In this document: piece after piece, positions 25,907 to 40,009 of the stretch
Position numbering within the stretch: position 1 is the stretch's first letter
Layout of the letters: every line of letters begins with the position of its first letter
Assembly (NCBI GenBank): GCA_002633005.1
Contig: NMRA01000308.1
Location: 1 to 64,000, forward strand
Length of the DNA stretch: 64,000 nt
Source of the DNA: Phoronis australis
Taxonomy: Eukaryota > Animalia > Phoronida
Reading direction: 5' to 3'
Position numbers and translations under genes: made by a program
Notes under the pieces: generated by a model
What the model was told of the DNA's origin: nothing
Database searches by the model: none
What the model saw: only the letters and a program-made list of their open reading frames with translations

Positions 25907-27865
25907 GGTTAGTTATCACTCCCCATCTTTGCCATACTCCAAACAAAATGATATGACTGTCATCCCAGACACTGAAGTCCATGTATAAAACAAAGACACA
26001 AACAAAAAAGGCGATCCTGCTTCTGCATTATTGTTCAATGTTCGACAAGTTAATGCACAGCCAATCAAGCGCAAAAACAGATAAAGCTGATGCATGCAAA
26101 CTAGAAAACTGCATTACATGAGCATTAGCGCTTAGTACAATCAACTCGGCGCTGCTTTATCCAAGGTTGGAACACAGTTTATTAATGTGGTTGATGAAAA
26201 TCACTACGGTATAAGAATATCGTCTACAGACAAATTTTCGTTAGCTGCAATGCTTCGTTTTTTTCAAGAACACAATGACGCATTTAAGCAGCCACATGCC
26301 TGTGACTGTCTTAACGGCGGCTGGGCGTGTAGACCTTGGCTTTTGAAAATTCTCATGATTTCCAACGGAATGTTGTATGTGTCTATGAAACATAAGCCAG
26401 GACACATGACAATGTTCCAGCCATAGTCATGAACTCTTGATGATAACCACTTTATGACAGTTTATCACAAACCATAACCAACACACTTGACTTAAGTATA
26501 ACTATTTAGTCACATGATACATTTATGACCCCACAACACTTGTATGATACAATTAACCTACAAAGTTATACAAATTTAAAAAATATAAAAATTTATTTTT
26601 TATTTTTTATTGCCCAGTCCCCAATAATCAGCTTCAGACATATTCCTTCTTATCAATAATATCTTTTATGAGGACGAATGTTAAAATGAATGTGAAATAT
26701 AATATTTATTTGCATCTCAAACTAATTGTACTAATTAAGTGTAAATGAGATTCTTAATTGGATGAATATTAATTCCACAACAATTGAACGACGGCATAGG
26801 ACATAATGTCCACAGTTTAATAAACATACCATTCCAAGTGAACAAAATTAGTTATTAAACTAAATTCACCCATCTCATTTCNGGTTAGTTATCACTCCCC
26901 ATCTTCGCCATACTCCAAACAAAATGATATGACTGTCATCCCAGACAGTGAAGTCCATGTATAAAACAAAGACACAAACAAAAAAGGCGATCCTGCTTCT
27001 GCATTATTGTTCAATGTTCGACAAGTTAATGCACAGCCAATCAAGTGCAAAAACAGATAAAGCTGATGCATGCAAACAAGAAAACTGCATTACATGAGCA
27101 TTAGCGCTTAGTACAATCAACTGGGTGCTGTTTTATCCAAGGTTGGAACACAGTTTATTAATGTGGTTGATGAAAATCACTGCGGTATAAGGTATGAGAA
27201 TATCATCTACAGAAAAATTTTCGTTAGCTGCAATGCTTCGTTTTTTTCAAGAACACAATGACGCATTTAAGCAGCCACATGCCTGTGACTGTCTTAACGG
27301 CGGCTGGGCGTGTAGACCCTTGGCTTTTGAAAATTCTCATGATTTCCAACGGAATGTTGTATGTGTCTATGAAACATAAGCCAGGACACATGACAATGTT
27401 CCAGCCATAGTCATGAACTCTTGATGATAACCACTTTATGACAGTTTATCACAAACCATAACCAACACACTTGACTTAAGTATAACTATTTAGTCACATG
27501 ATACATTTATGACCCCACAACACTTGTATGATACAATTAACCTACAAAGTTATACAAATTTAAAAAATATAAAAATTTATTTTTTATTTTTTATTGCCCA
27601 GTCCCCAATAATCAGCTTCAGACATATTCCTTCTTATCAATAATATCTTTTATGAGGACGAATGTTAAAATGAATGTGAAATATAATATTTATTTGCATC
27701 TCAAACTAATTGTACTAATTAAGTGTAAATGAGATTCTTAATTGGATGAATATTAATTCCACAACAATTGAACGACGGCATAGGACATAATGTCCACAGT
27801 TTAATAAACATACCATTCCAAGTGAACAAAATTAGTTATTAAACTAAATTCACCCATCTCATTTC
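25907..27865. repeat. ~980-bp near-identical direct duplication (25907-26881 and 26883-27865) joined by a single N; probably an assembly or haplotype artefact
   Basis: Both copies start GGTTAGTTATCACTCCCCATC and end CACCCATCTCATTTC; a few SNPs and small indels; N at 26882. Confidence 0.9.
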
Positions 27866-28535
27866 TCACACATTGATCCACTTCAAGCCTTATAAGCAAT
27901 TAGGTGAAGATAGCTTCCACTATCCCACTGGCTAGGCACCTTCTTACCAGTCACTGACACTGTGTGTGTCTGTTTAACCTCACTCAACACAGAATTCACT
28001 GCCAGGATAATGTTATTTTAGCCTTTAATCTGGAAGATGCCATAAAGTGAAGAACATTCATCTGCAGACTTTAGTGGCAGACAATTTGCACAGCAAAAAA
28101 GGTGTGAGGGCCTGCCTCCTTGTACTTGAGAAAATGAAAATTCATCACAAAAGGTTCAATAAAAATCTTGTGTTCAGTATTTCAGCTGCAGAACCAATGA
28201 GGATTGAAAAAGAACTAGCCATACTCAATACATAGTCTTGGTCTTATAGCTATCTTCACGTAAACATGTATTTGAAAATCACTCATAACAAACCAAAAAC
28301 AACATTGAATAATAACTTCAGTTATGTCCACACTACAAGTTGTCCTTCAAAAATTTGCACTTGTTCATCTAGCCCCCGGCCAGGCGCACCACAATCTCTA
28401 CACCATGTGACAAATATTGTGCAAAAAGGATTAAACACCCATATGAGCATAAATGTCAGTTAATTCCACCATGTCTCCCGATTTGCATCCACGTTGACTT
28501 GGACTGAGACAAGCTGCCATAGAAAAAGTTCCTCA

Positions 28536-28990
28536 ACCTGGATAAGGAGGGGTAAGTTGTCACAGAACAAGTTCCCCTACCTGGATAAGGAGGGGTAAGT
28601 TGTCACAGAACAAGTTCCCCTACCTGGATAAGGAGGGGTAAGTTGTCCCAGAACAAGTTCCCCTACCTGGATAAGGAGGGGTAAGTTGTCACAGAACAAG
28701 TTCCCCTACCTGGATAAGGAGGGGTAAGTTGTCACAGAACAAGTTCCCCTACCTGGATAAGGAGGGTTAAATTGTCACAGAACAAGTTCCCCTACCTGGA
28801 TAAGGAGGGGTAAATTGTCCCAGAACAAGTTCCCCTACCTGGATAAGGAGGGGTAAGTTGTCACAGAACAAGTTCCCCTACCTGGATAAGGAGGGGTAAG
28901 TTGTCACAGAACAAGTTACCCTACCTGGATAAGGAGGGGTAAGTTGTCACAGAACAAGTTCCCCTACGTGGAAAAGTTGTTACAGAACAA
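28536..28990. repeat. 43-bp minisatellite, 10 copies plus a partial copy
   Basis: ACCTGGATAAGGAGGGGTAAGTTGTCACAGAACAAGTTCCCCT units at 28536, 28579, 28622 and onward. Confidence 0.95.
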
Positions 28991-29809
28991 CTAACATCCA
29001 TACATTACTATGTTACTCCTTCAAGACAAACTCATGGTGTGGACAGCACTTTATACTACCAGTCAGTTTGGACTGTTAAAATATGACTTCAAATCACTGA
29101 AGGTGCTCCACAGAAGTTCTCTAGTACAACAACTCTCCCAAAAATGTTTAAGTCAGACAACATAGACTGTTTGGTACTTTTACCCGGCTAAATAGGTGGA
29201 CATTTTCAACCCCCTTCAGATCATACTACAGTGCCCTTGTTTCGTCTAAATTACTTGAATGCTGTTTTTTTTATAAAAAGTAAATCCCCATGCACATTCT
29301 TTGTTGAAAACTTTCTAATATAAATCAAGTGAGTAAAAAGATTTCAGCACAAACCTGGCTGATCTAAAATGAAATAAAAGGCACAAGTCCTTTCATGTTA
29401 CGCAGAAATGTACAATAATTATTTTGCATTAAGAAACAATTATGTGACTTTTTTCTACATCTTACTTGTTACATAAAGCCCTCGCCACAAACCCCCCAAG
29501 GAATTGACTCAGCTATAAAATAATCCATTTAATGATTATTTCATATTATATGGAAAAGGCCAGGGGACAAAGGGAATTACTGAAGAAAGTCCAAATGAAA
29601 TTTGACTTGTATTCAATTAGTCAGCTCCAAGTAGTGGTTGGTAGCATCATTCCACATGACTTTAGTTGCCAGGCCGTAAATTGACACTGTACATGAATAA
29701 AGAGAATTGACTTACATGCAAAATTAATTTACAAAAGTGCATTAGTTTTCAATTCGAGTCGTTACATTGCAGAGATAACCGGATTAGCCAACAAAAAGCT
29801 TATGGAAGC

Positions 29810-29948
29810 CTACAGAAATCATATGGTAGGCTGCAAAAAGACAACTTGTAAACAGATGGAGTGACCAAGTTATGCTACAGAAATCATATGGTAGGCTGCA
29901 AAAAGACAACTTGTAAACAGATGGAGTGACCAAGTTATGCTACAGAAA
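29810..29948. repeat. 65-bp direct tandem duplication
   Basis: CTACAGAAATCATATGGTAGGCTGCAAAAAGACAACTTGTAAACAGATGGAGTGACCAAGTTATG, two copies. Confidence 0.9.
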
Positions 29949-31869
29949 ACATGATAAGAGAAGAGGAGCAAGTGGGTTAATGGAGCGTTAGCAAGATTAC
30001 ACACATTAAGTGTTGGCCCCAATGTGACTGCTTCACTGATTTCAGCTGGACTACAGGTTAGGGCTAGCAGCAGGATGACAAGGATTATTACCCTGTACAT
30101 GAACCTAACAAGCCAGCAAATACTGTTGATAGCCTAATAGAGAAAATAATGATAATTAAATTTAAATCTATCCAACTTGTACATACAATTGATATGGACG
30201 TTAAATAACAGCAAATCAGCATTTTAGATATACACATTAAATTGACTTCTCTTCCATGCTGCAAGACAGAATGAATTTGATTAACCAAAGAATATATACA
30301 TATAGCAACACTTGCTTAATAACGAGGAACGAATTCTTTTGGTATGGCTTTCTTGTAAACAATAATTTCAGTGCCACTGTATATATAGACAGATAGTTTG
30401 TGGTGCTGCAGCAGAAATTCAGAATTTAAAAAAACATAAATTTTTTATAAATTCCATTTATTTTTAAAAAGGTTGATGTCATGTTGAAAAAACATTTCTA
30501 AGTTTCGACTAAAGCACAAAGCATAATGTGAATAAATCTAATTTAAATTGAAGCGTTTGGTTGGCTTTGATTTGAGAAGCAAACATTTGATTTACACCCC
30601 CTACTGAAAAAATTGGTCTTAGCTTGCTCCTTACTGAGATGAGAAGAGGTTTATGAATTTGAATTTGCTAGTAGCCAGGAGTTCATTATTAGTTGAGACC
30701 ATGCTCAGAGCATAAAATGATGCACTGAACCGTGGCAAGCCAGCCTGTATAGCCTGATTTTGCCATAAGCAATAACGAACTATCAGCTCTTTCAAAGCCC
30801 TGGGGTCTTCCCTAAATTGAATAAGGAACACATTGAGACCAATTCAATGTCATGGGAGGTCCAAATCAAAAGTTGTTTTTTGTGATGGAAGGTGGGTTAA
30901 TAGTTGCTGGCAACACACAGACTGCATCATGGACAAATACTCTGTCCTATTCTGAAAGATAGAATTAAAATAGTTCCCAAGAGGTTTGCCATGTACAGTG
31001 TTCCATTCATAAGTGTTCACAAGGAGTGCTTACCAGGCTTGTGAACAAGTCCAGTCACTGTTGACTAAATGTTCAGTTAATTAAGGCTGGAGCCAGTCAG
31101 ACAGGGGGATTACAGATAGCTATTTTTTGGCTATTTATTGGCTTACACTTGATTGACAGCTCAGCTTGTCCTGTGAAGTATGGCAAATTTTTCAATTTGA
31201 TCTGTGTTTGAAAATCTACAGGACACTAATTCACCACAGCTGTGGCTGGTGGAATGAGGGATTTCAAAATTGTTGTGTTAAGCATCATCACTACTATTAC
31301 AGGCTTTCAGACAAGTGAAGAGAATGCAGACACATGTCTGAATTCTTACAATTTAAAAACTTCATGTTCGATCAAAGACTTCCTTAAATAAACGGATATT
31401 GCAGTATATTTTCAAGACTTCTTTCAATACAAATAACCACAAATTCCTAATAAAACATCCTCTGATGGCAGCTATGGCATCCAAGCATTTGTGTTTACTT
31501 ATCTTTTATGAAAAAGATTTCATTTGTCCAACACCTGTCCAAAATTGGTGACATTTTACCTTAGCAATGCTCAGCATACGCTGATGACAACTTTAGTGAA
31601 GTTTATTCAAATTGGAAAAAAATCATTGCCAATTGTCACTTTTCTATATTAAAAACCCACTGTATTGCTCAAATGCTCAGATTTTCGTTATATGTTGGTG
31701 TAGTGCCACAGCACACTGTGCGCACTGTCTTCATGAACAACAAAACGTTTTACACTTAATTTTTTTGAAGATAAAATTCAAGACATAATTCTGCTGTTCC
31801 ACCTATAAGCCACAGGAGTGTACCTTTTGAGGCCTTGGGTTGGGGTTAGGTTACGATTGGGGTTAAGCA

Positions 31870-34640
31870 ATTGAGACTTGAGGTGACAGCCATAGTTGGA
31901 TCCATGTGAAAGTTGACGTCATTTGTTGCCAGCTTCATACAAATACACTGAGCTTTAAATTTAACAAGGATCCTGCAGAGGGATTAGGAAATAAAGACAC
32001 CAACACAAAAAACTGCCATTAAGCGGCACCACAGTAGTCTAAGCGTTCGGAAATCATCCCCAGTTGTTCTCTTCGTAGTAGGAACGTGTATGACAATTTT
32101 CATAATCATCCTTAGAGCAATGAGTTTGGCTGATAGAGAGGCGATAAAAGAAACGGACTCAAATAATAATAAAAACTGCCACAAGGTGGTGTGCACTACG
32201 TCAAATCTACCTGAAAATACAAAGTTGTCATCACGTCTTCAATAAAAAGCTATAAACTAAATTTCATAAAAATACGTCAAGGAACTTCAAAGATACAGAG
32301 GAAAACGGAAATAAATAAAATTGCCTCCAGGGAGCACAGCAGTAGTTGGATCAGTCCAAGTCATTCTTGGTTGTTATCGACTCTATACAAATACACTTAC
32401 CAAAGTCCTGCTGAGGGTTTAGGAGATACAGCTACCACAATATGGACGCAAAAACGAAACTGCCACTAGGAGGCGCCATAGTACTTAGAGTCGTTAGAAA
32501 ATCTTGTCAGCCGCTGTCTTTACTGTACAAGAAACATATATGCAAATTTTCATTATCATCCTTAGTGTGGTTTGGTTGATAATGGGCAGACGCCAAAAAA
32601 AAGCTTGAAAACAGTAACAAGAGCAACGCGGAGCGTTGAAATGCACCCACGAATGCACCACAAACGGTGTGCTTCTATGGTTGTTTATTTGTTTCAAAAA
32701 AATAACCAACTAGATGGCGCAAAAACTTCCAATCCATCTAAAAATCTTTCGAGGACCTTTGAAGATACAGAGGTAAACCTAAAAAAACTAAAATTGCCAC
32801 TAGGGGCACACTGGTAGCCAGATCCCGCCGAAAGTTGACAAGGGATGACAACATCATATAAATACACTTGCTTAACTTAGCAAAGATCCTGCAAACAGTT
32901 TAGGAGATACAGCCACGGGTTAAAAAAACTGTCACTAGGAGGCGCCACAGTAGTCGAAGTCTTCGTAAAATCATGGTCAGCTTAGTAAGAACATACACGC
33001 CAATTTTTACAATCATCCTTAGAGCGGTTTGGTTGATAGTGGGGTGGACGTCAAAAAACAGACTAAAAAACAGTAAAAATGGCCACTAGGAAGCGCAAAC
33101 AACATCAAATCCATGTGAAAACAGGAGGATAGCATCATCTCACTAATAGATGCCTATATGCCACATTTTATGAAAATATATTGAAGACCTTTGAAGATAA
33201 AGAGGTAAACTTAAAAAAACTAAAATTGCCACTAGGGGGCACACGAGTAGTCAGATCCCTCCGAAAGTCGTGGTCATCAATTGACAATATCATATAAATA
33301 TACTTGCTAAATTTAGTAAAGGTCCTGCAAACGGTTTAGGAGATACAGCCACGGGCGCAAAAAAACAAAACTGCCACTAGGAGGCGCCACAGTAGTCGAA
33401 GTCTTCGGAAAACCATCGTCAGCTTTGTAGTAAGAACATACACGCCAATTTTACAATCATCCTTCGAGCAGTTTGGTTGATAGTGGGGAGGACGCCAAAA
33501 AAACAGACTAAAAAACAGTAAAAATGGCCATTAGGTGACGCAAATGAAATCAAATCCATGTGAAAACAGGAGGATAGCATCATCTCACTAATAGATGCCA
33601 AAATGCCACATTTTATGAAAATATATTGAAGACCTTTGAAGATAAAGAGGTACATTTAAAAAACTAAAATTGCCACTAGGGGGCACACCAGTAGTGAGAT
33701 CCCTGGAAAGTCGTGGTCATCAATTGACATCATCATATAAATATACTTGCTAAATTTAGTACAGGTCCTGCAAACGGTTTAGGAGATACAGCCATGAGCG
33801 CAAAAAAACAAAACTGCCCCTAGGAGGCACCACAGTAGTCAAAATCGTCGAAAAATCATCGTCAATAGTTGGATCCGTCCGAAATTTCGCTCATGCCGTC
33901 CCATTCACGAAAGGAAAATATGTGCAAAATTTCATGAATGTACGTCAAAGGGTTTTGGAGATAGAACAGTAGACGCCGGACGGAGGGACGCAGGACGGAG
34001 GGACGCAGGACGGAGAGACGCAGGACGGAGGGACGCAAGACGGAGGGACGCCAGACGGACAGACGGAGATGACGGCATAATGAGTCGACACATAAATATG
34101 TGGGCGCATAAAATTAACGGCAGTTGGTGTAAAACACCTCAAATCCGTCTGCAAACAGTAAGATGGCGTCATCTCACTACTAGATGGCTGTTAGCCGGCC
34201 AAATTTGAAAATCCATTGATGAATTCTGAAGATACACAGGTAAACGTAAAAAGCTAAAATTGTGGCCACACCGGTAGCCGGATCCCTTCGAAAATTCGCT
34301 CATGCCAACCCGTCTGTGAAAGGACCATATCTGCAAAATTACATGAACATACATCCAAGGGTTTTGGAGACACAACAGCGGACACCGGACCGACAAGGGT
34401 GACGCCATAATGCGCCCACATGTAATGCGAGGGTGCATAAGATTTGCCACTAGGAAACAGACCGGTAGTCGGATCTGTCCGACAGTCATCATCATCCGTC
34501 GTCATTACTACAGGAACACAACTACCAATTAACTTTCATGAAGACCCTTCAAGGGGTTTTGAAGATACAGGCGCAGATGCTGGACGCCCACACAGATGAC
34601 GGCAATATAAACGCCATCCCCACATGTGGGTGCATGGCTA
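31870..34640 (+). mobile_element. Satellite-bearing element(s): ~146-bp subunits in ~440-bp higher-order repeats, GGAC-type microsatellite and terminal hairpins (Helentron/HINE/pearl-like organisation)
   Basis: Higher-order units recur at ~32755, 33183 and 33628; (GGACGGAGGGACGCA)n at ~33977-34068; short stem-loops at ~34090-34105, ~34412-34438 and ~34613-34638. Superfamily is inferred and boundaries are approximate. Confidence 0.6.
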
Positions 34641-37600
34641 TTGCTCGAATCACCGTAACATTATGGAACAATCATGATTATTCCTTTAGACAGAACATTA
34701 CGACCGCACGAAAAAATCTCACCAATTTGGCACACGATAATATGGCGGACAGATGAAAATTTATTTGCCCGTCATCTCATAAAAAATGTCCAAGTTCTGT
34801 GCCATAGTTACCACCAGACAGACCTTTTGTAAAATATGGGCACTCATAAGAAAGTTAGACGGCGACGATGAAAAAGGGGAACTGAGGCAATTAAACTTTT
34901 GTACGGAATTGGTGAGTTTTTACCGCACTCTTAACATAAACTTCCATTTTCACGATTAAGATGCACCGGTCTGTACATTAAATATAGTGCAATCTACTAT
35001 ACTTACAGAGGAGACAATAGTGATACAAAGGCTGGTAATAGCCCTTCCTAATTACACAGGAAAGACTTTCAGCGCATCACATTTTCCCTGAAGACTCGCC
35101 AAATTGACGTTAGCAGGAAATGATTCCCCGAAGAGCACAAGCGTCCCCCGAAGGCCACGTAGTAATGATTACTAATTGTATAAACCCAAGTTTGTCATTA
35201 TCTGAGAGATTTTGATAGATTGCTCAGAAACTCTAGAACCTATTAAAGCTTAATTATCTATCACGAATCCATCCAATACCTTCGCAAAATAGGTGAAGAA
35301 AGGATTGTAGTGATGCTATGAATACTTTTTCAAGAGAAAACCAACACGCGCTATAGTCCTGACCTTTGACCCATATACAGGTGGGAATCGTCCTGCTTAT
35401 CGCGTTTGAGGATCGTAAATAAATATTAGAAAAAATTAAAATCGTAGTCCTGAGTGGATCTTTTCACAGATGGAAAGAAACTCACATTCAGTCAGCTTAA
35501 CCCTGACCTTTCACCTGTCAACCTCAAATCCATGATGGTAAGTAAATCGGCCACAAACGCACCGTTGGGGGTCAAAAACTAATTTTTGATTTAGACTTCT
35601 TTCCGCTATAAACTTGGTCTCAATTTGTTCCTCACTATGACGGGCAACAATTTCTGGGTTGGAGGAGAACCGACAGCTCTCTAGGGTTGGAGACCATGCT
35701 CAGATCATCTAAGATGACACGCGGTGACAACCCAACTTGTCGAGTCTGATCTCAAGCAATAATGAAGTGTCAGTTCTTCACGATCTCAACAGTCTCTAAT
35801 ACCAGTACAGAACAAGTACTACCAAATGTACAACACTAAGTGTCCTATGGGGGTGCGGGGGGGAGCTCCTCCACTGCTCGAATTTTTTTCTTGTGTCCGA
35901 AATTTCCTCAATTTCTCCTCGAGTCTGGAAGGGGCAAATCCCCCTCCTACCACCCGCCTATGCCTATTCACAGTGCAAATACGAACGTCGCCTAAGTAGG
36001 GCGTTTAACAACTGGACGTCAGGTGCAACACCACAGGCAAATTATGACGCGTGACAAATGACTTTAGAAGTTTTGTCAACATTCATCGTATGCTGATATT
36101 TCAATTGAGCACTTGGTTTATAGTCAACGTTAGCGATAGAAATTATTTTAGAAGCGTGTCATTGGAAATCAGTTCTTCATTCGTCAAACACGAGATTGCA
36201 GCTGTGGCATAGGCCACCACTGGTAAACCGTCTTCTTATTAAATTATAAATTAAGCTTGTATATTTTTGCGTTACTTTTGTGCATAGTTTTCAACTATTG
36301 ACCATTGTACAATAAAAACGAGACTAGAGGACACGTCAAAGTGTTTAGACAACAATTATTTAACGAGTTCAGCAACACACATCACCAGGAAATGAGGATT
36401 AAAATAAGCAAGGAATATTTCTTTAGAAGAGCCGATCCCTTTCGACATTACTGATAAAATCTTTGGTGTGCACACAACACTGAAAATTTTCCATTGTCCC
36501 TTCCACGATTCCTGTGCGCATTAAGATGAAACAAAACCAACAAGGAAAAAAGTGGTTTAATAAACCATCACTTTGTTTCATGTCGGTACCAAAACGCCAG
36601 AGCGATTGTTCACATGATGATACTATCTGTTCAGTACTTCGGCCATGCTGTAAACCACACCAACAATATTCAAACTTTGGGCAAATGTTGTTTTTCCCGA
36701 ACCATGGGATTTTTTAATGGTTGATGTTTTTGTACAAAATAAAATCTCCTTTTCGCCACATTGAGCACCACGTGGATAGCGATGTCACGTGCAGGAACTT
36801 GATTTCACAAAACTCATCACAAACGAACATCATATAGAGTTGTGTTCGTGAGACTTGCAGTGTATAGCAACAGAAACAAACAAGACAGCAAAATATGAAC
36901 ATTAGTACCACTGTTGCAAGCCACAACTAACAAAACAGTTACAGTCATTGTTTGTGAATGTGATCAATTGTGTTTAACATATAAATTTAATACCAACTTT
37001 ACAAGAATCACAAATAATTATTGTTATTTATGAAGATCAGGCTCTTGGCAACAAACATGACTAAACCAGTATAAAACAGTTGCCCTCCTTCAATCGTTTT
37101 TAGCATATTATTAAAATAGGAAACCATGCCCACTATCTTTGCTCACAATCATCTAGTCAATTATTTATGGAGCAGGCACCAACAACAGCTCCACATCAGA
37201 CAAGCCCGTGCACCGCCAAAGGTGTGTTAAAAACCTTCAAGCTGGCAAACCTGTGTGGTAATGGCTACCACTACAATGCTAACCAGGTGAAGAGACGGTG
37301 GTTGATGACGTCGGTGAATAACACGGGAGCATAATGACAGAGGTAGCACTCTCTGTCTAGTCTGGCTGGAGTCGGACGCATCATGTCTAATTGGGCTTAT
37401 CGCATATAATACCCTCTTAATTAAAGAGTGGCGAAGAAGGGGTTAGAGAAGTGGAAAATTACACAGCATGTTGCCTCAATTGACAAGAGGAGCTAGCCAA
37501 AAGGCAAACAGACAAACCCAGGGCACATTCAGCTGATTTACCTTAATAAGACTTAATGTAAGAAGAAACTTGTGCTCCATAGAAACTTAAATCTTTTTGG

Positions 37601-39492
37601 AGAGCCTACTTATCTGGTTGTTCAAGTTCCCAGCATTTTGTCAGACAATAATGGCAATAAAAAGATTGATGTTTCGATCCCACAAAGAGACCATTGTCAG
37701 TGCAATAACCATGAAGGTGTGTGTTCAATGGCAACGTTTCACGAACACAATAAGAAGAATGTTCAATGACGCCACAAGGAATTAGAAGATGGGTGAACTA
37801 GGCTCCAGAATAAAAATCCCGTCCATCACATCAAGATAGTAGATCACACCGCCGGAGAGTGCACAGAAATAAAATTAAATAATTCGAGTGCATCTTAAAT
37901 AAACACACTGTATAATAATCCGAAATAAATAATTGATACCAATAACAACAAAACAAATTTGCTATACATTCATAAACGAAAATGCAACTCAAGGTTTGCA
38001 ATAGGCACAACAAAAAATAGTCTAGACTGCATTAGGCAGTTTAAGAATGTGCCTGGTTGAGTGAAGCTTATATTGGCTAATCTGTCCCTGAGGTAAGTCA
38101 CTAATGACACAGTAATAGCAACATGTTCCAACTGGGTGAGCACAAATTACACTTTTGTTATCAACAAGACATAGGATATTGGCTTGGGCTGCGAAGACAG
38201 GCAAGTTCAGTGCTCGAATGCAAATGTATCAAACGACGAGTATAATTATGGTGATATTCAAACGCCTGAGACTTGGAGAAAATAAGGAAAACTGTAACGG
38301 CATATCCAAAATTTCAAATTTTCAAACAAGGAAAAAATTATTTTCATAAAAATTGTAGTCATGTTCGTCATTTGAAACAAATGGCCATGCTCATTATAAG
38401 AATTATCGAGTGTAAAAATAATGAAAGTACTACGAAAGATTTTAGTGAACTGACAAGTTCTACGTTGCTTCCAGACTCAGTATTTTACTTCAAGTCGACT
38501 AGTCAAATTCGGTACCTGTCAATCAATCAATTTAACCTGTCACTACTTTCAAACAAAACAATGTTATCACTTGTACTCCTAACTTACCTCTAAATGGAAC
38601 AAACCTCAATATTTGAAGCAAAGTCCAATAATCACAATTATAAATTATGTTCTGCAGATTTAATTTGTTTTCTGTCTAAAACAGCTTCAATACCTGTCCA
38701 AAGTGATTCTAAGGCTAAATAAACATGCCACTTACCTGATTTAATGTCACCTCAGGCGGAAGTAATGACTATTTGTGTTACTTCATATGACGTAAGCGTA
38801 GAACTGCAGTGTATCGAGACTAAACCAGTTGATCTACCTTGACGAGACTGGCCGCTCTGAATCGCGCATCAAACGGGGGAGGGGCATGTTTGAGTTATGC
38901 CTGAAATTGCCTACTGGATGTTCTAAAACATTTCTCCCTCTCATTCTGACATAACAGGAGAGGTGAAATTAAAGTGCACACAGATAGACTGGGCAAAGTG
39001 GCAGTTATTTTCTTTGAATTTACTTCCCAATACTACGTATTCGCCATCTGTGATAATACATACGCTAACCAGGGGAAGGAACATTTTTAAGATAATGTCT
39101 TTAAGTAGAGTTGAGCAATAATCTCGTGCTTTTTATGATTAAGCAAGTTGGAAGAGGTCTCCATCTAGGACGTATCGACAAGTCCGAGCATTCAGACAAA
39201 TAATTAGAAAATTATAGACCTTAGTTCCTTACAAGTTTATATTTTCTGAAAGAAGAACGCTTGTAAACTTTAATTTTACACCAATCTGTCGTTAACTGAG
39301 TCACGTGACCGTGTCTTTTCTGTAAAACTAAACAAAAAAGAAAGAACTCAACATTCATCGCAAACCAATGGTATTAAAAAGTGACCAAAAAGTCACTTGA
39401 CATAAATATTCAAGAAGACATTTCGAAAATGTTATAGTTTTCCGAATATCATTTCGTTTATAATTATGGAACCTTCCATTTTTTTCATAAAT

Positions 39493-39727
39493 AACAGCTT
39501 ATTATTTAAAATGACTTATTCTTATTAAAATGACATAGGCAGAAAATTGAATTTTGAGCCTAAAAAGCGAGGCCCTTCTATATTAATATAGGAGGTCCTG
39601 CCGAAAGGCGGCCGAAGAGCGGGGCCTTCTATATTAATATAGGAGGGCCTCGCTTTTTAGGCCGAAAATTCAATTTTCTGCCTATGTCATTTTAATAAGA
39701 ATAAGTCATTTTAAATAATAAGCTGTT
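39493..39727. mobile_element. Near-perfect 235-bp palindrome (foldback MITE)
   Basis: AACAGCTTATTATTTAAAATGACTTATTC... mirrors ...GAATAAGTCATTTTAAATAATAAGCTGTT; arms ~105 bp; centre GCCGAAAGGCGGCCGAAG. Confidence 0.85.
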
Positions 39728-40009
39728 GAATTCTATTTTTAGTCCCTCAGGCAAAAATGAAAAATAAAAAAAAAAACAACTCCGAACAGCGTTTTGTTGA
39801 ACAACCTGTGAAGCATAGTATGTCAAAGGTTCATTTAATGCGATCAACCACTTCTGAGATACGGCTTCCCGAAGTTAGTAAATTTTGAACATTTTCCTAG
39901 GGTCCTGCACAACTTTAATCTCAGACCTTATTCTGTGATTGGTCCTTTCATATTAATTCACAACCACATCCTCAAGTTGTAGCAAACTAGTGACCAGTGG
40001 CTTAAAGTG

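Noticed and set aside
28536-28990. CRISPR-like appearance of regular repeats (also 59188-59527, 61293-61478 and 62034-62429)
   Set aside because: Units are head-to-tail with no unique spacers, there are no cas genes, and the context is eukaryotic introns; these are minisatellites.
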